From Paraspadella gotoi (taxonomy: Eukaryota > Animalia > Chaetognatha), in contig CM119265.1 in the NCBI GenBank assembly GCA_051294375.1, positions 28,805,359 to 28,869,358 of the forward strand: 64,000 bases of DNA, read 5' to 3'. Positions 12,421 to 22,954 of this stretch are shown in pieces. Position 1 is the stretch's first letter, and each line of letters opens with the position of its first letter. The notes beneath the pieces are model-generated. The model was given only the letters and a program-made list of their open reading frames with translations, searched no databases and was not told where the DNA came from. Made by a program: the position numbers and the translations under genes.

Positions 12421-14072
12421 TCTCCTGACTATTGAGTCGTCGGGCGAGATGCGACGCCTCACGCATTTGAAAAATGGGAGAGGAAGAAGGGTTGGAGAGA
12501 AGGAGAAGGGAAGGAGAGAGGGATAAGAGGAGGAGAGAGGGAGAAGGAAGGAAAAAAGACGAACAGAGAAAGGGAGAGAGAGAGAGGGAGAGAGAAAGAG
12601 AAAAAGAGGGAAAGAAAGGGAGAGAGAGAGAGAGGCAGAAAGAAAGACAGCAAAGACAGAGAGAGAGAAACGAAGAAAGAAAGGTCGAACGACAGACCAA
12701 AAGAAGGAAGACATAAGAGAGAAAGAGAGGGAGAGGGAGAGAGAGTGAGAGCGACTCCGACCAGATGAGTCCAGCCTTTCAAGATCGTCTCGCCACGAGA
12801 AGGAAATAAGCTGAGGAGGAGGAGGAGGAGGAGGAGAAGGAAGAAGAAGAAGAAGAAGAAGAAGAAGAAAAAGAGGAAGACGAGGAGACGACATATTTGA
12901 ACTGGTGGCATCTCAATTAGCCACTTGACGTCGGGTAAAGCAGGTGAGAGTTTTTCGAGGTGAGTTCGCGTTTCTGAGGGAAAAAAGTGAGTTATTTTTT
13001 GTGGGAAAATATAGAGGAGTTGAAATGAGAAATGGAATTGTTAGATGAGATGATAAAATAGAAGATGAGATCATATTTTATGTCATGAGATCTGATAAAA
13101 TAGATGATAAGAGAATATTTATTGTTAAGAGATGATAAAATAGAAAATGAGATGATTATCAATAAAAACAAGTAGAAGTCATGTTTTTTCCGGGGGGGTT
13201 TTCCGTGGAGGCTAATATTTATTGATTCCATACATGTATTTAAATAAATAATTCATGTTGCATTTTTTGTCTTTTTCCTTCCTCTATNNNNNNNNNNNNN
13301 NNNNNNNNNNNNTTATTGGGTAATATGAGGAGTTGAAATTGGATGTAGATGATAAAATAGAGAGAGAACAGTAGATCTGAAATAAGGAATATTTATTGTT
13401 AAAGAGATGATAAATAGAAAATGAGATGGATTTCAACAGTAGTGTTTTCCGTGAGGCTAATATTTAGATTCCATACATGTATTTAAATATTCATGTTTGC
13501 ATTTTTGTCTTTTTTCCTCCTCTTATTTACTTTTCTCTCTCTCTCTCTTCTCTCTATTCTCTCTTCTCCTCTCTCTCTCTCTCCACTTCTTTTATTCCTC
13601 CACAAAGTGTTCCCCTTTTTCTTCTTCTTCCTTTCTCCCTTTCCTCTCCCCTCCTTCCCTCCCTCCTCTCTCTTCTAACTCCCCTATCTTCCACCTTCCT
13701 CTTCCTTCCTCATCTCGCCCCAATCTCTCTCTTCCTTCTCCTCTCTCCCTTCCTTCTTTCCTCCCTCCTTTTCCTTCTCCCCTCACTTTCTCTTTTCTTT
13801 CCTCTTTTTCTCCACTTCCTCCTCCTCCCTCTCTTCTACTCCTTCTTCCTCCTCCTTCCTTCGCTCTTTCTTCTCTCCTTTTTTCTTTCCTCCCTTTCTC
13901 CTTACCTCTTTCCCTCCTCCCCTTCTTCCCGCCTCCCTCTCTCCTCCCCTCTTCCTCCCCTCATCGCTTCTGGTCTCCAGATGCTCATTTTCTGGGAGAC
14001 AATAAGAAATTGCGTTTCAAGGAAGAAGGACGCGAATTTCTTCATGGTCAAGGATCATCTTCGCTCCTCTCT

Positions 14073-14117
<45 letters not shown>

Positions 14118-14229
14118 TGTTGTTCTCTCAATCTCTATCTCTCTCGATCCTCTTATGGTGTTCATCAACTTTCCCATATTCAAACATAGACTTTATTCCC
14201 CTTCTCATCCCTCCCTCTTTTATAAACTT

Positions 14230-14288
<59 letters not shown>

Positions 14289-14506
14289 CTTCCTCTCTCT
14301 CTCGTCTCTCTCTCTCTCGCTATAATGGACTCGTTTCACAAATGATTATCTCTGATTACGAAGACGAATCCATTCAAACGATTGGATTTTTTACTGTTTA
14401 CGAGTCCCGCTCCGTGACAGAAGGCATTTTGGGTCAGGCCGTTAGTTTGAGCGCTTAGGGTTATTGCTTTTCCTTTCATGTTTAGAATTACTCGCCTTCT
14501 TTAGAG

Positions 14507-14510
<4 letters not shown>
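12010..14510 (+). repeat. Host segment present three times in the window (9010-11700 inverted; 21078-22930 direct)
   Basis: Shared unique anchors such as gcgactccgaccagatgagtccagc (12750 / 21379), ctggtggca (12902 / 21523) and ccgtgacagaaggcatttt (14412 / 22813). Confidence 0.9.
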
Positions 14511-14538
<28 letters not shown>

Positions 14539-14563
14539 NNNNNNNNNNNNNNNNNNNNNNNNN

Positions 14564-15500
14564 ATAGGAGAAGCTCTTAGTTTCCAGAGGCCAATACAAA
14601 AACAAGGAATACCAATGAAAGCTACCGAAGCCAAAAGTGAAAAGGAAAACACACCAAAAGAAAAAAAGGGTGAGAGAAGCCCCATGTTTGGACATAAGCG
14701 TAACATCGTGGATTTGTCTAACAAGTTTATTTTGACTCTGAAGATAAAATTAATTATCAAATAAAAACTATCTGCTTACAACCGTTACTCCCATTAAAAA
14801 AATAAATAACAAATAATAATGCACATTTTGCAAACTACAGGAGACTTATCAAAACTTAGGAAAGAAAATCATGGAAAACGACACCAAAACAGTGTTGACA
14901 ATGACAACAGAGACAAAGTTTAGAATTCTTGCTGAACAGCAATACAAATCAGAGGTAAATCTACTGCTCGAGAATGTTCAAAACTATTTAAACTCTAAAA
15001 GCCATGGGAACTGCCTTGCAACAAACACTTGCATAAGCTGGGCTGAAAGAATGGAGCCAAGATGACAGCCATGAAAAAAGGGCCATCTTAACAAGATCAA
15101 TAAGCCTGTTGCAAGCTGGTTAGAAGGGCCTATCAGAGAGGCACAACAATCGCCCTCCTGAGACTGGATTCAGACTTCAAGCACGAGCCAATTCCCAGGT
15201 TGCCCAACCCTTTCTAAGCCTTTGGATCATGTCAAACAAGCAGACTAAACAGGCCTAACCCAATCAGGACGATGGAGACAGCTAGGCCTGAGGAAACTTC
15301 GCCCCATAGGAAGCATTAACACCCAACCTACTGTATCATAGCAGAGGGAACAAACAGGCGAGTCGCTTCACCAGGCAACCTATAAGCGTGTGGAGGGCTT
15401 AATGCCACAGCCGGAAACATTACCTTATGCCACTGGCTGCCCAGGGAGACTAACAAGGATGAAAAAGGAGTGCCAGGCCTTCCCGAACCAAGTGAGCAAC
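14564..15500 (+). pseudogene. gag-like region of the retrotransposon (frameshifted)
   Basis: A-rich coding-like sequence directly upstream of the protease, including ORF 14871-15065 (MENDTKTVLTMTTETKFRILAEQQYKSEVNLLLENVQNYL). Assigned mainly by position. A possible degenerate Cys knuckle near 15430-15476 is not clearly readable. Confidence 0.5.
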
Positions 15501-15559
15501 ATCATTTCTTGACCTCCGAGGGGCCAGAGCCCAGAGATGACACAAATAAGGCATGCCTA

Positions 15560-15920
15560 CTGGTAAAAACAGTACATACCAGCATTAGTGATTGCAGTGC
15601 GCGCGGCAAGCTGCCTCTATGACACCGGCGCTTCTATAAACCACAGTGGCCAAGAAAATTTGTAGAAAGATGGGCCCTGTCTGACAAGGTCTTACACGGC
15701 CCACCACTGCGACTTTACAGCTACAGGGACCATCACCTTACAGAAAGGATCAACCTGCGAATCATTTTCAAAGTGGGTACTCGGACAGTCTTTTATGTCT
15801 GGCTGATGAAATGCCAATGATATTATCATGGTACTGCCATCACAAACCCGGGTCCCCCTGAGCAACTGTGGGTTAGTACAATTCCTCAAATCAAAGGAAA
15901 TGACTACAAAGTTGCATCAA
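15560..15920 (+). pseudogene. Retropepsin aspartic protease domain of pol (frameshifted)
   Basis: tgc ctc tat gac acc ggc gct tct ata aac = CLYDTGASIN at 15612-15641, the canonical D-T-G-A-S active-site motif. Domain boundaries are approximate. Confidence 0.85.
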
Positions 15921-16599
15921 TTGGAACAAACCCATTTACTCACCTCTTCGGGACAACACGAAGCCCTTGAAAGCTGCCAAGATGGCTAGCACGTGGAAAA
16001 TGTTGAATGAACAGACTACCCTGCCTCTACACACCCAACGCGATAGTGAAGGAAAAAACAATAATCACAGCCAGCAGACCATACTGGAAGACACTTGGCT
16101 AGGTCCAAGATGGGTCTTTGGATCAAAAGACGGCTCTGAGATGTACATCGCGGATGGTGAATCAACTAGAAAGGGATGGAGATTGATGGCATAACCTGGG
16201 CCCATGGGCTTGGCACGCCCCCCGTCATTACAAATGATGCCAAGAGTGACTTGGTTCTTGAGACAGACTCCACAGTTGACCTATTCAAGCCGACATGCAC
16301 TTGAAGAAGGCCCCTTCGAGAAAGATCAGAAAGGATAATATTCCTGCAACCACCATAGTCCACACAACACCCACTTGAGGAGGAGCTCAAAGCAGTCGAG
16401 GAAGCCGCCAAAAAATGAAGACAAAAAGCACGACAATCGCGGGCAAAGAGGCCTTCCTTGAAAACCATTCAATTACATTGACCCCAGCCTCAAGACAAAA
16501 GTCACCACTAGTATGGAAGTGTGGGAATATCGAGACGTCTTGGAGAAACCATAAATTACGCAAAGAGGGCGCAACCTACAGGTGGATTTGGGTTACACA

Positions 16600-17460
16600 G
16601 GAGAAGATCTCAAAAGCCCAAGGTTTGTTGAACCAAGGCCCAGTCAAAAAGGCACATTAAAAACGGTACCTGGAGTGTATGAGAAAAGCAGGCATCGTGT
16701 CTAGTGACAAGGATAATGAAGCATACTCTAATGCCTTCTCATCAAAAAGCCGGACACCATAGCCAATGGCCCAAGATGAGATGAATGATGAAACTTTTGC
16801 AAAACAATTGGCTCCTCATTTTGCGATCTCTTCATCAGTCAAAACAACATTTCTACTATGCACAGAGCCTCACAGAGATCACATCTATCTTGGAACAATA
16901 CAAGCCCATGACTGCAGGCTCTTAAACATTTCTAGCCTGCTGTCCACCAAGTCAACTTAACTGACAGATGCAAAACCAGTCACAAACCTTTGCAGAGTGG
17001 CCACAACTGGGATGAATAAGCACCAATGGGAGGGGTTAATTACGTAAACGTTTCTGCAAAAGCCATCCTGGATGAGATCTTCAAGGATTTGGGCACAGAC
17101 ATCCAAAAGCTTCTTGGTATATGTCGACGAACTCATCCTCAAGCAAAATCGCCAGAAGAGCATGGCTGAGAGGCTTCCTGTGAACTACTGCAAAGATGCA
17201 GAGTGAAAATGTAGCCTTAAGTGGACGTAAAAGAGCGTCTTACTGCCGCAAAGAGGACATCAGATATTGGGGTTAGCATATTCTAAGAACAAACTATGCC
17301 ACAAAAGGAAAAGCTGGAAGCAGTGGATGGTAAAGCTCAAAAACATCAAGAACCCAGAAAGAGCTCACAATTTGGTCCGCTCGCCTCAACTACTACAGTG
17401 TTTTACTCACCGCTTCTCCTACATGTGCCCAACCCCTACCATGCACTGACCCTTCTGGAC
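16600..17460 (+). pseudogene. Reverse transcriptase domain of pol (frameshifted)
   Basis: YLECMRKAGIV (~16667-16699), then a YSNAF-LIKKPD-like stretch (~16723-16756, one indel), FLVYVDELIL (17111-17140, YxDD position), ILG (~17265), PQKEKLEAV (17299-17325) and an LNYY..F.HRFS-like thumb segment (~17385-17420). Confidence 0.88.
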
Positions 17461-17579
17461 CAAAAGACTTCAAGCTCACCAATAAACATCTGGCACTGCT
17501 TACAGCAACTAGTGGAAAAATCAAGACCTCGCCTGGACTAAACTCCTAATGGGGGGATTGCTTCGAATCAAAAAGGCAC

Positions 17580-17995
17580 CTATCGGCATTTATGCAGATT
17601 GCAAGTACAACGCTGATGGGCTGGGCTGATCACCGCCACTGCAGTGGCATTGTAACCCGCTATCTTTCCATTTCGAAGTCTTTTCCAGAGAAGTACAAGA
17701 TCAAGCACATCAACATTCTGGAAACCCTAGCCTTCAACCATAGGGATGGTTAGGAAATTCAAGGGCTACTGTGCGGCAGGAGAGTCACCCTTGTCCAGAT
17801 TCTCATACTTAAGAGGTGTGGATCTCCAGCATGACAAAACAGCAGCTTCTCCACTACAAATGTCCTCAGATGGATACTGCATGAGCGCATACGTCCAGGG
17901 AGTGCTGTTCACACCAAATAAGTCTCGAGAGAAGAGATACACTCCTCTATGTCCTCAACCAATGCCAGGACAACCCGCCGACTTTTCTCACACGG
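17580..17995 (+). pseudogene. RNase H domain of pol (frameshifted)
   Basis: IYAD-AS (17588-17606, one extra base) followed by MGWA, then HINILETLA (17706-17732), then an N..ADF-LS-like terminal motif (~17970-17990). Confidence 0.8.
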
Positions 17996-19339
17996 TTTCA
18001 CAGACCAGGCCAGGTCACTTCCATTAGACACGCCCCTTCTTCATCCTTTCGATCTGCGCGATGAATTTCAGGATGTCCCACAAAAACCTTTGGCGCGCTA
18101 CTACGAAGTATTAGGCGACTGCCGCGGTTCTCTAACGGAGCTTTCGGCGAATTTGTGTCACACGTTTAACCCATGGCATGGTTCATATCTTGGACTAACA
18201 AGCAGTCCGCATTTATACTCGACATCCGAGGATAGTCCGTCACGATAGAGAGCCATAGCTACGAGTAGTAACCTCGTTGCCGTGGCAAGTGGAAGATCGT
18301 CTCGTTATAGATCATTGTCATTGAGCAAGGTTATTCAATGGGTGCTCCAGGCATATCTCCGACCTGATCAGGCCTGGACACCTCCCACTTGGCCTCAATG
18401 GCGCAAACTCTCCAGGAAGATACCAAAGCATTTAGAGCCAAAATTCTTTGAATTTTGCTGCGGCAAGTTCAATCAAAAAAAGGACCCAACATGCGAAAAC
18501 TCTATGGGAAGGCAAAAGACCAAAGGATGCCACCAACTTTTTATCAGGACAATATCGGCAAAGTACTGGAGCTCGGCCACCCTGAGCTGGAACTACCTCA
18601 GTGAGATGAAGGAGTCAATTGTTATGATGGTATGAGGATTCCACACAGATGCGGCCTGCAAGTTTGGTGAAAGTATATGGCGGCCAACAAATACAAACAG
18701 ACAAATGAAAATTCTTCCGGACCATTACAGTCAAGTGAGCCTCACAGCGACAACTCCAGCAACGCCACCCATACTGGTCCGATCAAGACGATTGAGGTAG
18801 CCACCCTCAGCAACCTGAAAGACGAGGGAGCCAAACGGTACAAGTCAATACACAACCATGCTGACGCTCTTCCAGATTGACCTCGTAACATCCAGGTGGA
18901 AACAAAGAAACCCAAGCACGCGCCGCCCTTGCAGAATAAAAAGTGGCGACACTGTTACAAATTGTCAATGACACAGATCAAAATGGGGCAGGAGGCGATG
19001 GGTCGATAGCACCCTTGAAGCCGACATTTTGATGCAACTGAGGATGAGATCATGGAGGAAGTACTCTAGGCCCAGGAGAGGATCGAATGGGATAGTTCCC
19101 TATGGCTCGAAATTCAAAGCCTGGCAAACAGCGAAGATGGAGACCATCCATCTGTGTGACCGATGTCTGAGCAAGGGCGACCGCGAAGGGCAAAAAGAAA
19201 ACTGGAAGAGAAAATGCAAAGAGGAGAACTTTGACCGAGAGATAGGGTACCTCTCCAACCAGCTTTGCCGACCTTGATGTCACGAAAATGGGATTCGCCT
19301 AATCATCCCCAAGGGTTATTAAAGCCAGATGACACCACA

Positions 19340-20470
19340 AGGGAAATTCGTGTCCCACCAAACCTCGCTGAACAGATCACAACGGCGGGATCCACAGGCA
19401 CTTTGGGCACCCAGTGTCAGGAATAGGACGGCCTTTCATAAAACAGTTCCAATACATCTCTGCTCCAGGATTATCTACCGCTGCAAGCAAAGTGCGTCAG
19501 GAAATGGTGAAGACTGTGCAAAATCAACTGATGGACAAAGATACAAGAAACCCGTCAGCGCCCAACCTTGCAGTTGCTCCCTGGAATCCCTCAGCATGTA
19601 GTAGATGCATCTGCCACCAGCATCGGGATTCCATTATGACTAGTTGCATCTGACAATGCATCTAGCCTAACGTGGGCAAACCTCTAGCGCCGCAGCTTGA
19701 TGCCTAAGCTATCAATTTAAAAAGCGTTCTCGATGTGAAAAAGTTTTTCTGACTACATGGGGCCTACCTTGAAGTCAACTTTTGATGGTGCCACCCAACT
19801 CAATGGCCGCAACAATGACTTCGATCCTCAACTGCTTTGAACACGTCGGTAGACGTGCTATTAGAAACTTAGTACGAAACAGTAGTAACAGGGCTGAAAG
19901 AGACATGGGCGAATCCGACAAGCCCCCTGCGCTAAGCGCCGTTGAAGATCGAACCAAATAAGTGGCTTGAACAGTGCCACAACCTAATGCTTCTCCTTAT
20001 GCCACTCCTGATTATTGGATGGAAGACAGACATGTCGCCACATGAGATACAATTTGGCCACAGACCCAGAATCATCGAAAGTCAGATGATTACGACTAAG
20101 AGGATTCTCATCGACTTTATTCGTCAGAGAGTCTGACAGACAAGATAGAGAAAGCCCAAACAAACGAGTCTGAACAAAAAAAGAAGAAACAAGCTCTATC
20201 GCCAATCAACCAGAACAAACCTTACAGACGACCACAGGGAATCAAGGTTGGAGACCTGGTGCTTCACCAGCGTGACCCTCATCATTACACAGGCTCCGGC
20301 ACCAACCGTGAAATAAGGTTTCAAACGGGACTATACGTCTGGTCCCCACAGAGTTATTGAAACAACAAGAAGAGAACGGAAACTCATTACGATCGTCTCT
20401 GTCAGCTCGGTAAATAATATGAGGAGCATCATAGAGCCGCACTAAAAACCTGCATCTAGGCCAAGTGGAG
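19340..20470 (+). pseudogene. Integrase domain of pol (HHCC zinc finger, DDE core, GPY/F-like module; frameshifted)
   Basis: EIRVPPNLAEQIT, IHRHFGHP (19390-19413), C-EDC (~19505-19517, one extra base), PLESLSM (~19580-19600), WGLP...FDGAT (~19758-19795), SNRAER (~19884-19901), SPHEIQFGHRPR (20035-20070), IKVGDLVL (20241-20264), GPHRVIE (20341-20361). Confidence 0.9.
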
Positions 20471-20717
20471 GCAGGCGCCCTATCTCGTAAGCATCCCAGC
20501 ACTGCCGTCTTGACAAATGAAAACTCTGTTAGCTATAACTTCGTAGCTAAATTAGAAAACATGCAAAAAAAATAAACATTGGAATTCAGATAAATCAGCC
20601 AACGACACAAAGAAACAAAAAAAACCATCGCGACCCAAGACAACAATCGACAAGCAAACAACAGCTCTATCCCCATCCAAACTCCGGCTACCGACACTGA
20701 CCACTGCGCCGTCGTCT

Positions 20718-20730
20718 GAGGAGGGGGGGA
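20718..20730 (+). promoter_or_regulatory. Polypurine tract (plus-strand primer site) of the retrotransposon
   Basis: GAGGAGGGGGGGA about 350 bp downstream of the GPY/F-like motif and immediately before the LTR-like segment. Confidence 0.75.
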
Positions 20731-21078
20731 TCGCATCACAGTTGAGTAAAACGCGGAAACAGAGAGAGGAAAAGGATTAAGGAAGAGGAATTCCGGAATG
20801 ATGAAGAAGATTCTAGTATGATTTGCGAACGGATTTTGGAAGCCAAATCAGGAAAAAGGAACATAGTTCCGGAAGAGGAAAAGGAGAAGGTTCCAGAAGA
20901 GGAAGAGGAGGGCATTCCGGGAAGAGGAAACTGGTTCGTCCACTTGCCCATTATAAATAGCCTCCTGTTTCTGCTTTGATTCACTGTCCAAAATTGACAC
21001 CGTCTTCTGCTTGTCTATTTTCTGATAATAAATTTCACTTTGGATTTCATATTTGAAATCCCTGTCTGCTTTACTTAA
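20731..21078 (+). repeat. Putative 3' LTR (~350 bp)
   Basis: Starts right after the PPT and contains TATAAATA (20952-20959) and AATAAA (21027-21032). It ends where similarity to the host flank (copy at ~12474 onward) begins. TG...CA termini are not clean and the 5' LTR is absent from the window. Confidence 0.7.
20791..20959 (+). promoter_or_regulatory. Heat-shock-element-like array plus TATA box in LTR U3
   Basis: Perfect nGAAnnTTCnnGAAn at 20885-20899 (AGAAGGTTCCAGAAG), near-perfect AGAAGATTCTAGTAT at 20805-20819, TTCCGGAA at 20791 and 20867, TTCCGGGAA at 20915, TATAAATA at 20952. Confidence 0.6.
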
Positions 21079-21919
21079 GATGGGAAAGAAAGGGTTGGCA
21101 AAAAAAGGAGAAGCGGAAGGAGAGAGGTATATAACAGAGGAGGAGAGAGGGAGACAAAAGAAGGAAAAAAGACGAACATGAAAAAGGCAGAGAGAGACGA
21201 GTCGAGGATTGAGAGAGAGAAGGGGAGAGAAAGGGAGAGACGGAGAGCAGAGGCAGAAAGAAAGACAGGCAAGACAGAGAGGAGAGAAGAAACGAAAGCA
21301 AAGAAAGGTTCGAACGACAGACCAAAAGAAGGAAGACATAAGAGAGAAAGATGAGCGGGAGAGGGCATGAGAGATGAGAGCGACTCCGACCAGATGAGTC
21401 CAGCTCCTTCAAGACTCGTCTCCCACTGCAGAGGAAATAAGCTGAGAGGAGGAGGAGGAGGAGGAGGAGGTGAGAAGGAAGAAGAAGAAGAAGAGGAAGA
21501 CGAGGAGACGAACATATTTGAACTGGTGGCATTCTCAATTTAGCACTTGGACGTCGGAGTTTAAAGCAGAGTGAGAGTTGTTTTCGAGGTGGGAGTCCGT
21601 TTCTGACGGAAAAAAAGTTAGTTTTAATTTTTGTGTGGAAATATAGAGGAGTTGAAATGAGAAATCGGAATCTGTTAGACTGAGGAGATAAAATAAGTAA
21701 GAATGAGATCTCATATTTATGCTCATGAGGATCTCGAGAAAATAGATGATGAAGAGGATATTTATTGTTAAGAGATTGATAAAATAGAAGATGATGATGA
21801 TCATCAATAAAAACAAATTAGAAAGTCATGTTTTTTCGGGGCGGGGTTTCCGATCGAAGGCTAATATTTATGATTCCATACATTATATTTATAAATATAC
21901 TCTCTCAATCATATATATA

Positions 21920-21962
<43 letters not shown>

Positions 21963-22465
21963 ATCTCTCTCCACTTCCATTTTATTCCCCACAAAGTTGT
22001 CCCCCTTTTTCTTCCTCCTTCCTTTCTCCCTTTCCTCTTCCCTCTCCTTTCCTCCCTCCCTCTCTCTTCTAACTCCTATCTTCCACCTTCTCTCTCTCTC
22101 TCCTTATCTTCCCCCAATCTCTCTCTTCCTTCTCCTCTCTCCCTCCTTCTTCCTCCCTACCTATTTCCTTCCATCCCTCACTTTCTCTTCTTCCTCTTCT
22201 TTTCTCCACTTTCCTCCCCTCCCTCTCTTATCCTCTTTTCCTCCTCTTCCTCCGCTCTTCTCTTCTCCTCCTTTTTTTCTTTCTCCCTTTCTCCTTACCT
22301 CTTCCCTCTCCCCTTTCTTCCCCTTCCTCCTCTCTTCCTCCCCCTCTTCCTCCCTCATCGGCTTCTGCTCCAGATGCTCATTTTCTGGGAGACAATAAGA
22401 ATTGCGTTTCAAGAGAGAAGGACGCGAATTTCTTCACAGGTCACTTCTCAAGTCATCTACTCTCT

Positions 22466-22502
<37 letters not shown>

Positions 22503-22608
22503 CTTCTTTTGTTCTCTCAATCTCTATCTCTCTCATCCTCTTATGGTCGTTCATCAACTTTCCCATATTCAAACATAGACTTTATTCCCCTTCTCTCCCT
22601 CCTCTTTT

Positions 22609-22655
<47 letters not shown>

Positions 22656-22906
22656 TCTCTCTCTTCTCTCTCTCTCTCTCTCTTCCTCTCTCTTCTCGTC
22701 TCTCTCTCTCTCGCGCTTATAATGGACCTCGTTTCACAAATGATTATCTCTGATAACGAAGACGAATCCATCAAAACGATTTGGATTTTTTTACTGTTTA
22801 CGAGCTCCCGCTCCGTGACAGAAGGCATTTTTGGGTCAGGCGTTAGTTATGAGCGCTTAGGGTTATTGCTTTTCCTTTCATGTTAGAATTACTCGCCTTT
22901 TTTAGA

Positions 22907-22930
<24 letters not shown>
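21078..22930 (+). repeat. Direct copy of 12474-14530 lying 3' of the retrotransposon
   Basis: Same anchors in the same order as 12474-14530, with scattered indels. Confidence 0.9.

Positions 22931-22954
<24 letters not shown>

Larger units (their letters stand above)
14564..21078 (+). mobile_element. Ty3/gypsy (Metaviridae) LTR retrotransposon, 5' end cut by an assembly gap
   Basis: 6.5 kb island free of microsatellites. Motifs in order PR (CLYDTGASIN, 15612-15641), RT (FLVYVDELIL, 17111-17140), RNase H (17588-17990), integrase (19340-20361), PPT (20718-20730), LTR-like segment. PR-RT-RH-INT order with a GPY/F-like module is typical of Ty3/gypsy. Frames are broken by many indels. Confidence 0.93.

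Noticed and set aside
14564-21078. DIRS element, endogenous retrovirus/errantivirus or pararetrovirus as alternative classification
   Set aside because: A DDE integrase and aspartic protease are present, no tyrosine recombinase is seen, and there is no room for env between integrase and the PPT.
12474-22930. ~2 kb direct repeats as the LTRs of the gypsy element
   Set aside because: They are microsatellite-laden host flank with a third inverted copy. The PPT, TATA and AATAAA define a separate ~350 bp LTR at 20731-21078.
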